Shown here one piece after another: positions 1 through 9,391 of a stretch of 44,190 nt of DNA. The notes under the pieces are model-generated. The model worked only from the letters and a program-made list of their open reading frames with translations. It did not search any database and had not been told where the DNA came from. This DNA comes from Pseudomonadota bacterium (GTDB lineage Bacteria > Desulfobacterota > Desulfovibrionia > Desulfovibrionales > Desulfovibrionaceae). How positions within the stretch are numbered: position 1 is the first letter of the stretch; the number at the start of each line of letters is the position of its first letter. The stretch covers positions 1 through 44,190 of the forward strand of contig JAEXGX010000224.1 in assembly GCA_023450535.1 (NCBI GenBank). Direction: 5' to 3'. The position numbers and the translations under genes are program-made.

Positions 1-498
1 ACCCAGAATAAGCGCAGTTTCGGGGGCAAGCCCGGTCAGAGAGGCGGTGAGCCTGCTCATGGCCGTAAACTGCGCGGCCAGAATGGCCAGCCAGGCAGGC
101 ACGATGACGGCGGCGGCCAGTCTGCGGGGAGAGAGGCCCGGGCGGGAAAAAACAGGGGGCGTTCCGCCCAGAAAGGCGTCGGCCATTTCCGGCATGGTAT
201 GCGCGCCGCTTTCCCGTACTTTCTTTGCCAGAAACAGCGTCAGGACAAGCAGCCCGCACGCGCCGCCCCCCAGCCACCAGAAGGCGGGCGTTCCCGCCTG
301 CCAGGCCAGCCCGGCCATGCCCAGCGTGGCGGAACCGCCCACGCAGGAGGCAATAATGGAAATACCCACCTGCCACGGCCCGGAGGCGCGGTTGTTGACG
401 AAAAAGGCGTCGCGTCCGTTTTTCGCGCGGGATTCGCGCAGAGCCTCCAGCAGTCCCATACCCATCAGCAACGCGGCATAAACAAGAAAAAACGTCAC
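1..498 (-). CDS. Sodium:solute symporter (SSS/PutP-like), N-terminal part, runs off the window edge
   Basis: Not in the ORF track. Hand translation from the GTG at 498, which overlaps the bioDA stop (GTGA): MTFFLVYAALLMGMGLLEA...DAFFVNNRASGPWQVGISIIASCVGGSATLGMAGLAWQAG...HTMPEM, the typical SSS N-terminal pattern. Confidence 0.85.
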   Translation of the reverse strand, partial: MTFFLVYAALLMGMGLLEALRESRAKNGRDAFFVNNRASGPWQVGISIIASCVGGSATLGMAGLAWQAGTPAFWWLGGGACGLLVLTLFLAKKVRESGAHTMPEMADAFLGGTPPVFSRPGLSPRRLAAAVIVPAWLAILAAQFTAMSRLTASLTGLAPETALILG

Positions 499-2633
499 AG
501 GTGCATTCCCTGGGCAAAGGCCAGGCGTACGGCGTGGGTCAGCAGATCCACGTCCGCATTCTGGGTGATGAAGGGCGGCATGACGTATACCGTGCGATTG
601 AAGGGGCGAATCCACACGCCCTGCCGTACGAAGAAATCCTGCATTTTTTCCGTGTCCACAGGGCGTTCCGTTTCCACTACGCCAATGGCTCCCAGGGCGC
701 GCACATCGCGCACGCCGGGTATGTTCCGGCAAGGGGCCAGCCCCTCTGCAAGGCGGCGTTCGAGTCGGGCGACATTCTCCTGCCAGGGGGAGGCCAGCAA
801 TGCATCTACGGCGGCTCCGGCCACAGCGCAGGCCAATGGGTTAGCCATGAAGGTCGGCCCGTGCATGAACGCGCCGGGTATACCTCTGGCCCTGGGGCGG
901 GAAACGGCGTCAGCCACGCGTTCACTTGCCAGAACGGCGGAAAGGGTCATGGTTCCGCCGGTCAGTGCCTTGCCCAGACACATGATATCCGGTGAAATTT
1001 CCGCCCATTCCGAAGCGAAAAGTTTGCCCGTGCGCCCGAATCCGGTGGCGATTTCATCCGCAATGAGCAGGATGCCCAGCTCGTCGCACAGGGCGCGCAG
1101 GCGGCGCAGGTAGTCGGGATGGTAAAACCACATTCCGCCTGCGCCCTGTACCACAGGCTCCACGATGACGGCGGCCAGCGTTGCGGCTTCGCGCCGCAGG
1201 GTCTGTTCCGTTTCCGCAAAGCTTGCCGGATCAAAGGCTTGATCAAAGCGGCAGGAGGGGCGTTCCAGAAAGAGCTGGCGCGGCAGAATGCCGGAGAACA
1301 TCTGGTGCATCCCGGTGACAGGGTCGCAGACGGACATGGCCCCGCAACTGTCGCCGTGGTAGGCTCCGCGCAGCGCGGCCAGACGGGTTTTGCCCGGCCT
1401 TCCCTCGGCCTGCCAGTATTGCAGGGACATTTTGATCGCCGCTTCCACGGCTATGGAGCCGGAATCTGCGAAAAAAACCTTGTCCAGTCCGGCAGGGGCC
1501 AGAGCGAGGAGTTTTTCAGCCAGCGCCACGGCGGGCTGGTGGGTCAGGCCGCCGAACATGACGTGCGGCATGCGCGCGGCCTGTTCCGTCAGCGCGCGGA
1601 TCAGTTCCGGGCGGCGATAGCCCAGCGCCGCACACCACCAGGAGGACATGCCGTCCACCACTTCGCGCCCGTCCCGCAGCCGGATGCGTACGCCTGCGGC
1701 GGAGACAGCCTCCCAGACCTTCGGCCCCGGCGCGGCGGGCGCATAGGGGTGCCAGACATGATCCCGGTCAAAAGCCAGAAGCTCATCCGCTGCAAGACTC
1801 TGTTTCGATATTATTGTGGAACGGAAGGAGAGAACATGCCGCGCCGCATCGCGTAATAGGACAGAAAGTTGCGCCCATGCGTGTTCCCGTTTCCCGACGG
1901 ACGGAGCATCCAGATCGGGCAGAAAGGGCAGTTCCGTCAGCACGGGAAAGCCCCGCTCTGCCCCCTTGCGGGCCAGTACGGCGGCGTTGTCCGCCAGCAG
2001 CTTTTCTTCACCGGCCCGGCCGGGAACGGTGCGGCACAGGATCATGCCCGCCCCGCGCAGGCCGTGTGCTGCCAGCGCGTCCAGAGTGAGCAGGGCGTGG
2101 TTGATACAGCCCAGTTTGTTGCCCACCACCAGCAGCACAGGAAAATCCAGCGCGGCCATGAGGTCAAGCATGTCTTCCTCGTCGTTCAGAGGCACATGAA
2201 CGCCGCCCGCGCCCTCAATCAGTGTGAAGTCCGCCTTATGAGCTTCTTTCCGGCAGGTCAGGGCGAGCTCCCTTGCGTCCAGCCGTTCACCGGCATCTTG
2301 CGCGGCAAGATGCGGGGAACAGGCCGGGCGGAAGCAGCGCAACGCCGAGGCGCGGGGCTGCGCTCCGGCAGGAAGAGACAAGCCGCGTAATGCCTCGATG
2401 TAGCGTTTTACATCCGGCGCGGCGGGCCTGCCGTTCTCTCCCGGTTCACAGCCGGTTTGCACGGGTTTGAGTGCCCGCGCGTCAATCTTGCTCTTCGGGG
2501 TGTTTTTCCGTCCGCTTTCCAGCCCGTATTCCAGCAGTGCGCGCAACAGCGCCGCCGTGACCGTGGTTTTTCCCGCGTCGGTATCCGTTCCGGTAATGAA
2601 GCAGCCGCGCGGCGCGGCGTTGACCCCGGTCAT
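495..2633 (-). CDS. bioDA: Fused dethiobiotin synthetase / DAPA aminotransferase (BioD-BioA)
   Basis: BioD motifs GTDTDAGKT, KPVQTG, EGAGG, then BioA motifs DGMSSWW, DEIATGFGRTG and PLP lysine GKALTGG. Start moved to ATG 2633 (GGGAGG RBS, ATGA overlap with the bioB stop). Confidence 0.93.
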   Translation of the reverse strand: MTGVNAAPRGCFITGTDTDAGKTTVTAALLRALLEYGLESGRKNTPKSKIDARALKPVQTGCEPGENGRPAAPDVKRYIEALRGLSLPAGAQPRASALRCFRPACSPHLAAQDAGERLDARELALTCRKEAHKADFTLIEGAGGVHVPLNDEEDMLDLMAALDFPVLLVVGNKLGCINHALLTLDALAAHGLRGAGMILCRTVPGRAGEEKLLADNAAVLARKGAERGFPVLTELPFLPDLDAPSVGKREHAWAQLSVLLRDAARHVLSFRSTIISKQSLAADELLAFDRDHVWHPYAPAAPGPKVWEAVSAAGVRIRLRDGREVVDGMSSWWCAALGYRRPELIRALTEQAARMPHVMFGGLTHQPAVALAEKLLALAPAGLDKVFFADSGSIAVEAAIKMSLQYWQAEGRPGKTRLAALRGAYHGDSCGAMSVCDPVTGMHQMFSGILPRQLFLERPSCRFDQAFDPASFAETEQTLRREAATLAAVIVEPVVQGAGGMWFYHPDYLRRLRALCDELGILLIADEIATGFGRTGKLFASEWAEISPDIMCLGKALTGGTMTLSAVLASERVADAVSRPRARGIPGAFMHGPTFMANPLACAVAGAAVDALLASPWQENVARLERRLAEGLAPCRNIPGVRDVRALGAIGVVETERPVDTEKMQDFFVRQGVWIRPFNRTVYVMPPFITQNADVDLLTHAVRLAFAQGMHL

Positions 2634-3631
2634 GAGCGGGCCTCCCTGTTTTCCGGTACGCGCAGTCCGAGAGCGGCCAGCATGGCGTGGTCCTCTGCAA
2701 AGGCGCAGCCCGTGGTGGTCAGGTAGTTTCCGGTCATGATCATGCTGGCCCCGGCGGCGAATACCCAGGATTGCCATTGTCCCAGTGCATGTTCCCGTCC
2801 GCCGCAGATGACCACATCCTTGCCGGGATTCAGCAGACGCATCAACGCGATACAGCGCAGAGCCTCCTGCGGAGAGGGCGGCGGCGTTCCTTCCAGCGGC
2901 GTTCCGGGGATGGCCTTCAGAAAGTTTACCGGCAGAGAATCAACGTCTTCCGCCGCCAGGGTCAGCCCCAGTTCCACACGCTGTTCCCAGCTTTCCCCCA
3001 GGCCGAAAATACCGCAACTGCACAGTTCCAGTCCGGCCCGGCGCGCGGCGCGCAGGCTGGCGATATCCTCCGCGTAGGCGTGCGTGGAGCAGATGGCGGC
3101 AAAATGGCTGGCCGCTGTTTCCAGGTTATGATGATAGCGGGTGAAACCGGCCTGTTTCAGCCTGCGGCCGCGCTCTTCCGTCAGCATGCCCAGGGAGCCG
3201 CACAGACGGATGTCCACGTTGCGGAGGATGCGTTCCGCCGCCGCGCAAAGCTCGTCAAGCTCGCGTTCGTTGAGTGCTGTTCCGCTGGTGACGATGCCAA
3301 AGCGGGAAACTCCGGCGCGGGCCAGTTCTTCAGCCCGGCGCAGCAGTTCGTCCGCGCTCATGAGCGGGTACACGGGCGCGTTACCCCGGTGATGCGCGGA
3401 TTGGGCGCAAAAGGCGCAGTTTTCCGGGCAATGGCCGGACTTGGCGTTGACAATGCCGCAGCTTGATCCCGTTTCCGGGCCAAAGGCAGCGCGGGCGGCG
3501 GCCGCTACAGCCAGAATGTCGGGCGTATCCTGATCGGGCAGGCAGGCCAGAGCAATGGCTTCGGCTTCGTTCAACAGGGGGATTTGTTTAACCGCAATGC
3601 GGTTCAGGATGGTGTGGAGCAACGTATGCAT
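2630..3631 (-). CDS. bioB: Biotin synthase (radical SAM)
   Basis: NAKSGHCPENCAFCAQS CxxxCxxC motif, YHHNLET, GNYLTT. Start taken at MHTLL (3631). Confidence 0.95.
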   Translation of the reverse strand: MHTLLHTILNRIAVKQIPLLNEAEAIALACLPDQDTPDILAVAAAARAAFGPETGSSCGIVNAKSGHCPENCAFCAQSAHHRGNAPVYPLMSADELLRRAEELARAGVSRFGIVTSGTALNERELDELCAAAERILRNVDIRLCGSLGMLTEERGRRLKQAGFTRYHHNLETAASHFAAICSTHAYAEDIASLRAARRAGLELCSCGIFGLGESWEQRVELGLTLAAEDVDSLPVNFLKAIPGTPLEGTPPPSPQEALRCIALMRLLNPGKDVVICGGREHALGQWQSWVFAAGASMIMTGNYLTTTGCAFAEDHAMLAALGLRVPENREARS

Positions 3632-3762
3632 GGGGAACCTTTTTCCCTGCGGGAGGGATTTTTTTTGTGGGGGAGGGGGCAAACATGCGCTGTTGGGAGG
3701 CGTGTCGGATTTCGGGTGGAATAGCTTGTTTTTCCTCCGGCGGGGAAAATGAAGAATTAAAA

Positions 3763-3933
3763 ACTGAAAGACGTTGTAGTAAGAAGAGTTGAGCACCGGA
3801 TTTCGTTCGTTTGAACTTCTTTGTTCTTACGCCCCTCCGAGGCCCCTTGTCCCTGCCCGGAGGGCGGAAGAATAAAGAGGTTCGAACTAACGAAGTTCAG
3901 TGCGCAATCTTTCATGCTGCAACGCCGTTCAGT
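3763..3933 (+). other. ~170-nt imperfect fold-back (arms about 76 nt)
   Basis: 3763-3839 is the imperfect reverse complement of 3858-3933 (hand alignment). Confidence 0.85.
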
Positions 3934-4049
3934 ATCAGATTTTTTCCTTCAGTCTTTTCACTCATGAAAAGAAGCTTGAAGAACCGCAAGCTTCAGGTTT
4001 AAACTGCCAAAAATATCCGGCTTAATCGCTATCAGGCCGCGCTTCAAAA

Positions 4050-4082
4050 TGTCAACTTAATATTTTTCAAATAAGGTTTACA
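4050..4082. promoter_or_regulatory. BirA operator (bioO-like)
   Basis: TGTCAACT-N17-GGTTTACA, close to E. coli bioO TGTAAACC-N16-GGTTTACA, between divergent bioB and birA. Confidence 0.8.
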
Positions 4083-4084
4083 AT

Positions 4085-4945
4085 ATGTCCGATGATATGC
4101 CCTGTGAAAGAAACGGCGCGGCTTCCGGCCTGACCCGGGATCGTGTGCTGGCGTTGTTACGCGAGGCGGCTTCCGGCACAGGAGAGGGCTGGCGTTCCGG
4201 AGAGGAGATCTCTGCCCGGCTCGGCCTGAGCCGGGCGGCTGTGGGCAAGCATGTACAGGTGCTACGAGTGCGCGGTTGTCTTATCGACGCAGCTCCGCGC
4301 CGGGGCTACCGCCTGCTTGCGGAGCAGGAGGTTTTTTCCGTGGAGGCGGTGCAATCCGGCCTGCGTTCCCGTCTGCTTGGGCAAGGGCGTTGGATTTGGC
4401 TGGAAGAGACGGATACCACCAACAATGTAGCAGCGCGGGAAGCAATGGAAGGTACGGAGGAAGGGTGCGTTGTTGTTGCGGGAAAGCAGTCTTCGGGCAA
4501 GGGGCGCAAGGGACGTTCCTGGTTTTCTGCGCCGCGCAGTCTGGCCTTTACAGTGGTGTTGCGGCCTTTACGCGTGGGCGTGGCCGAGATCACACATATG
4601 GCGCAGATATCCGTATGCGATGCGGTGCGCAGGGTAGCCGGACTGGAACCAGTACTCAAGGAACCCAACGATGTTTTGCTGAATGGGCGCAAGGTTTGCG
4701 GCGTGCTGGCGGAAAGCGGACACCGTGCCGATGAACTGGAATGGATGGTGATCGGAATAGGGGTCAACGTCAACGCGCGGGAAGAAGATTTCGCCCCGGA
4801 AATCCGGCACAAAGCCGGTTCGCTGTTGCTCGCGTCGGGCGCGCCTGTGGAGCGGGCCGCGCTGCTGCGCGCTATTCTGGAACGGCTGGACGAATTATAC
4901 CTTGTGGCGGAGGGGCGGCTTGCGCCGCCCCTCCCTGTTCAATAG
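4085..4945 (+). CDS. birA: Bifunctional biotin ligase/repressor BirA (HTH plus ligase domain)
   Basis: N-terminal wHTH SGEEISARLGLSRAAVGKHV, GKGRKGRSW, KEPNDVLLNGRKVCGVL, GIGVNVN. Confidence 0.9.
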   Translation: MSDDMPCERNGAASGLTRDRVLALLREAASGTGEGWRSGEEISARLGLSRAAVGKHVQVLRVRGCLIDAAPRRGYRLLAEQEVFSVEAVQSGLRSRLLGQGRWIWLEETDTTNNVAAREAMEGTEEGCVVVAGKQSSGKGRKGRSWFSAPRSLAFTVVLRPLRVGVAEITHMAQISVCDAVRRVAGLEPVLKEPNDVLLNGRKVCGVLAESGHRADELEWMVIGIGVNVNAREEDFAPEIRHKAGSLLLASGAPVERAALLRAILERLDELYLVAEGRLAPPLPVQ

Positions 4946-4965
4946 TGAAAGAGGGAAGGGGCTTG

Positions 4966-5628
4966 TTACAACCGTTCGGCGCGCTCAGCCATACGCTGGC
5001 CCAGCGCGAAGGCGTGCCGCAGATCCTCGGGAAAATGCTCTTCCCTGTGCCGTTTTTTGTCTGTTTCGGAAAAGCGCTCTGCCACGTATTTGGAATAGTC
5101 GTCAAATTGCACCGTATCGCAGACGGGCAGGATTTCCGGCCCGGAGAAGATCCGGGCGACAAAAGCTTCCAGCGGGGAAAGAAGTGCCGGAAGCTTGAAT
5201 TCGGGCATGTCCGCTTCCGTGATGTTCATGGTGTAGACAAAGGCCGTGGGCATGCGTTTCGGAGCGAGAGAGGAGTAGGCGGTATCGTAGACGATAAAGG
5301 GGAAAAGCAGCCGTTCCAGCAGCGCCCGCAGCCCCGCGCTCACGCCCATAAAATAGATCGGACTGCCGAAGATGATGCCGTCCGCATCCGCCAGCTTCTC
5401 CAGCAGCGGGGTCAGGCCGTCCCGCACGGCGCAGCGCCCGTAAGAGGCGCCGCCTTTTCGCTTGCAGGCGAAGCAACTGCGGCATCCGGTGAAATTGAGG
5501 TCAGAGAGGTGAATAAGCTCGATTTTCGCCGCAGGGAGCGCGCTATGCACGCCTTCCAGTGCCTTTTCCAGCACTTCAGCCGTGTTGCCTTTCTTGCGGG
5601 GGCTACCGTTAATCGCGTAGAAGTTCAT
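4966..5628 (-). CDS. Flavodoxin-fold iron-sulfur flavoprotein / NADPH-dependent FMN reductase family
   Basis: INGSPRKKGNT, CRSCFACK...C, GSPIYF. Confidence 0.85.
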   Translation of the reverse strand: MNFYAINGSPRKKGNTAEVLEKALEGVHSALPAAKIELIHLSDLNFTGCRSCFACKRKGGASYGRCAVRDGLTPLLEKLADADGIIFGSPIYFMGVSAGLRALLERLLFPFIVYDTAYSSLAPKRMPTAFVYTMNITEADMPEFKLPALLSPLEAFVARIFSGPEILPVCDTVQFDDYSKYVAERFSETDKKRHREEHFPEDLRHAFALGQRMAERAERL

Positions 5629-5764
5629 GTCTGTTTCTCCTTACAGATCGGGATGAAAAGCCCGTCAGGGCTTCGGGATACATATTCCCACCTGCGGAAA
5701 AAAGACAAGTACGCAGTTTTTTCTGTCCTGAAACGGTGAGTCCTTTCAAGTTGTTCCTGCTTCG

Positions 5765-6172
5765 ATGGAGAACATAGTGGATACAAAGAATCTCGGTTAC
5801 AGCCCGCGCCTGCCGGAAGGCAATATTTATGATGCCCCCTGCCCGCTCCTGCACGCGCTTTCCGTCATTGGCGGCAAATGGAAGCTGCCTCTGCTCTGGC
5901 ATATCGCTGACTGTACCGAAGCGGAGAACGGAGTGCGTTATAATGCATTGAAACGAGCAGTGCATGGCATTACCAATACCATGCTGAACAAGTGTCTGGC
6001 CGAATTGGAACGGGATGGACTGATTATCCGGGAAGAAGTAGAGAAAAAGCCCCTGCACGTGGAATATCGCCTGACAGAACACGGCCTTGCGCTCCTGCCC
6101 GCTCTGCGCGAACTATACGCGTGGGGGGAGGGCAGGATGGAACGCAAGGCCGTCAAAGAAACAAAATTCTGA
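5765..6172 (+). CDS. HxlR-family winged-helix regulator
   Basis: CPLLHALSVIGGKWK...VEYRLTEHG; divergent from the flavoprotein gene. Confidence 0.9.
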   Translation: MENIVDTKNLGYSPRLPEGNIYDAPCPLLHALSVIGGKWKLPLLWHIADCTEAENGVRYNALKRAVHGITNTMLNKCLAELERDGLIIREEVEKKPLHVEYRLTEHGLALLPALRELYAWGEGRMERKAVKETKF

Positions 6173-6230
6173 GCAAGGGAACAGCGGGCGAAATGTTTAT
6201 CGTGTCAGGCTCTCCAGGGTGCGCAAAAAA

Positions 6231-7631
6231 TCAGAATATATAGTTGAAGTTCAGCGTACCCCGGAAAGCGTTGTTGTATTTATCCGTACGGATGCGTTCG
6301 TCAAAATCCGTGATCAGATAGGCCAGCAGTACATTAACGGTGAGGTTTTTATACAGTTTGTAGCTGTTCAGAAAGTCGACCTCCCACGCGGAATCCGCTG
6401 TGGTCATATAGTCCACGGGAGAAAGCGTCGTGGCCATGGGGTTTCTGGATGTGGCTGCGGGCTTGTTCACCGAGGCGTCGGTAATCCGGTTGGTATTGTT
6501 GGTTCCCTGGAAGTAGGTCAGGGAGAGGTTGTGTGAGAGTTTTTCCACAAAGGAAATATTCTTTACCCCGGCCTGTACGCCCCATGTTCCGGCGGGATTG
6601 AGCTTGTTGATGTTGCCGCTGTTGAAGGCGTTGGCGTGAAAATAAATGGCGGATGCGTCAAAGTCGCCGCTGTTTCCTACATTGAGCATGCGGCCACTGC
6701 CTTGGGAGTCAGCGTCGTCGCCGGAAGCGTACCAGCCGCGCAGGAAGGGCGTGCCCCATGTATTTTTCATTTCTGCACCCAGGGCTGCATACCAGCCCTT
6801 GCGTTCCGCTGCGCCTCCGGCATCGTTGCCGCTGTACAGGAAATCAGCGGTAAATTTGAAAGGATCAAACAGGTTCACTTCGCCGCCGATGCCGGCCCAG
6901 TAGACCGTATCGCGGGCATTATCGGTTTTTGCATTGGTAAAATCGCTGATCAGATTGGCAACCGTGGAGTCACTGCCGCGTAAACCAACCATGCCCCAGG
7001 GGGTGAGCTTTATGCCATCCAGCGTCAGATCTGCCCCAAGATATACCAGATCCACGCCGCTGTGCGCCTTGTGCTCCGTACCCCATTTGTTCAGTTCAGC
7101 TCCGGGGCGGAGCCAGCCAAAGCTCAGGCTGACGATTTCGCTGATCGGGGCGTTTGCCGTTACGCCATCTACAACGCCCATAGTGCCGAATATAGGCGCT
7201 GCGAAGGTGTAAGACGGCATGAAAATTTCCTGGCGTCCCATGCGCAGGTGCAAGTCAGCACCAGGAACAATCCAGTCGAGATAGGCCAGACGCGCGGTGA
7301 CGCTTTCCCCCGTGCCGCCCACGCCGCCTGTGCCCCAACTGTAGTAGGGGGGATTATCCAGGCCGTTGGCCATTTGCAACTGTACACGAGCAGATAGAGC
7401 CTCGCTCGTAGCCAGATCGAGGTTCATGCGCAGACGCTGGGATACATTGAACGCGCCGTCATTGGAACCTTCCTTCAAGGGACTCTGTCCATTCGCGGTA
7501 CTGCCGAACATGTTGTCAGAAAACGTGAAAGAATTCATCCACATGCCGGATACCTTGACGTCTACGGCGGATGCGCCGGAGGCAGAGCATACCAAGCCTG
7601 CGGTCAAAAAGAGGGTGACGAGTTTTTTCAT
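6231..7631 (-). CDS. Outer membrane porin (Desulfovibrio homotrimeric porin type)
   Basis: Signal peptide MKKLVTL...ASA, VDVKVSG, QRLR, AYLDW, GWYASGDD, C-terminal Phe. AAGGAG RBS before ATG 7631. Confidence 0.85.
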   Translation of the reverse strand: MKKLVTLFLTAGLVCSASGASAVDVKVSGMWMNSFTFSDNMFGSTANGQSPLKEGSNDGAFNVSQRLRMNLDLATSEALSARVQLQMANGLDNPPYYSWGTGGVGGTGESVTARLAYLDWIVPGADLHLRMGRQEIFMPSYTFAAPIFGTMGVVDGVTANAPISEIVSLSFGWLRPGAELNKWGTEHKAHSGVDLVYLGADLTLDGIKLTPWGMVGLRGSDSTVANLISDFTNAKTDNARDTVYWAGIGGEVNLFDPFKFTADFLYSGNDAGGAAERKGWYAALGAEMKNTWGTPFLRGWYASGDDADSQGSGRMLNVGNSGDFDASAIYFHANAFNSGNINKLNPAGTWGVQAGVKNISFVEKLSHNLSLTYFQGTNNTNRITDASVNKPAATSRNPMATTLSPVDYMTTADSAWEVDFLNSYKLYKNLTVNVLLAYLITDFDERIRTDKYNNAFRGTLNFNYIF

Positions 7632-7744
7632 GGAAAACACTCCTTGCGCTGAAACAGCCCGGTTGTCCGGACCAAAGTAAAGAGGAAGGCGGTCCGTTCC
7701 ACCACCTTGTGGCGGGTCGAGGGGCCGTCTGGAGATGGTGCAGG

Positions 7745-7809
7745 TTAGCGCGAAAAGAGGAGTGGTACTTTTCTGCGACCTGCCGCCAGGCTCTTAATCT
7801 GCTCTTAAT
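7745..7809 (-). promoter_or_regulatory. Porin promoter with tandem response-regulator box
   Basis: Minus strand reads ATTAAGAG-cag-ATTAAGAG-N38-CGCGCTAA; same architecture as 10239-10303. Confidence 0.7.
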
Positions 7810-7824
7810 TACCTGCGAAGCAAC

Positions 7825-9357
7825 TTATGATTTATTGCATCCCGTCTTGCTGATACGGACCATAGCCAGCAGGCCGGGGGCAGCGTTACAGAGGGCGATG
7901 TCAGCATTGTTCAGGTGGGCCAGGTTCCGGGCGATGCTCAGACCCAGCCCCGTACCGCCGGTCTTGCGGTTGCGGGAGCTTTCCAGCCGGACAAACGGTT
8001 CAAAAACCCGGGCAAGCTCCGCTTCGGGCATGCCGCTTCCGAAATCCCGGATACGGACGACGTAATATTCGCCTTCGTCCGTGCCCTCGATCTGTACTTC
8101 ACAACCGTCGTATTCGCAGCATTCATCATTGTTTTTGGCGTAGTCCAACGCATTTTGCACCAAGTTCTGGAGGCAGCGGCGCATAGCCTGCGGGTAAAGC
8201 AGGATATGACAGGGGGCAGCTCGCAGGGTTTTTACAGCATAGCCTCCGTCCTCAAAATCTTCGGACAGGGAAAAAAGCAGGGAGGGCAGGCTGATGGGCA
8301 CAGCCTCTTCACTGGTTTTACCACTGCGGGCGAAGCTGAGTACGGAGTCCATGAGTTCCTGCAATTCGTCCATGGAGCGGTTCAACACCTGTACTTCTTT
8401 GACGCCCGCCTTTTCCATTTTTTCCATTTGCATGCGCATGCGGCAGACAGGGGAACGCAGGTCGTGGGAAAGGCTGGTCAGGGTCATGCCGCGCTGGCGG
8501 ATTTGCTCGGAGAGGCGCGCCGTGAGTTCCCGGATAGACATGGCCAGGCTTTTGATTTCCTCATAGGAATTTTTCGGCACCTGAAATTCAAGAGGGCTGT
8601 CCAGGTTAATTCGGGCGGCATCTTGCTGGAGTTTTTTCAGTGGTCGCACCAGATATCTGATTTCCAGTGTAACCACGAGCATGAGCACCAGAAATTGCGT
8701 CAGCAGGGACAGTGCAAATACCGTGGCATCCACGGCGGTATACTCGTTGTCGTGGATATGGGCGACCAGCCACATTCCATCGCTGAAGGGCAGGGCGGCC
8801 ACAGCGGCAATGTCGAGGCTTTCGGTTTTGTTGGGCGAACGCTTGCCCCAAAGAATGCGAAACGGCGTATGTTGGCGGGAAACACTGGCAAGCAGGGGAA
8901 TATTTTCCTGAAATTCGTCAAATGTGCCCGAATCCCAGGAAAAGCGACGTTCCTCTGGTGGAGCGTAATCAGGCCAGGGAACGTCCTCGTAGGCAAAGTC
9001 TATGCCCTTGTACTGGGTGGCGAGCGTGTACAGGATGCGCATCCTGAATAAACTGCCCGTTTCAGGTTCTCCTGGTTCGACTTCCGGCTTTTTTTCGCTC
9101 AGATAAAAATGAATGCGGGCGTTGGTAAGCCTTTCCGCATATGCGGTTCGTTGTTCCGGGGCCAGCGTGGAGAGAAAGGCGTAGGTGCTGGAAAAAAGAT
9201 AGGCCTTGTTGTTCAGGTTGACGTCTACCTGAACACGCACGAGGTAATAAAGCATCCATCCCAGACAGACAAGCTGGATGGCGAAGAACAGGACGCCAAG
9301 GATGAGGATGTGCCGCCGGGCCAGGGTACGGGGCAGAATATTACTGAAAGGGCTCAT
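7825..9357 (-). CDS. Membrane sensor histidine kinase (EnvZ/RstB-like)
   Basis: Two TM segments, HAMP, SHDLRSP H-box, NLVQNA, DFGSG, GGTGLGL. Start taken at MSPFS (9357). Confidence 0.9.
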   Translation of the reverse strand: MSPFSNILPRTLARRHILILGVLFFAIQLVCLGWMLYYLVRVQVDVNLNNKAYLFSSTYAFLSTLAPEQRTAYAERLTNARIHFYLSEKKPEVEPGEPETGSLFRMRILYTLATQYKGIDFAYEDVPWPDYAPPEERRFSWDSGTFDEFQENIPLLASVSRQHTPFRILWGKRSPNKTESLDIAAVAALPFSDGMWLVAHIHDNEYTAVDATVFALSLLTQFLVLMLVVTLEIRYLVRPLKKLQQDAARINLDSPLEFQVPKNSYEEIKSLAMSIRELTARLSEQIRQRGMTLTSLSHDLRSPVCRMRMQMEKMEKAGVKEVQVLNRSMDELQELMDSVLSFARSGKTSEEAVPISLPSLLFSLSEDFEDGGYAVKTLRAAPCHILLYPQAMRRCLQNLVQNALDYAKNNDECCEYDGCEVQIEGTDEGEYYVVRIRDFGSGMPEAELARVFEPFVRLESSRNRKTGGTGLGLSIARNLAHLNNADIALCNAAPGLLAMVRISKTGCNKS

Positions 9358-9391
9358 GAGAGTTTCCGATGGGTGTTTGTAGGGGGGAGTT

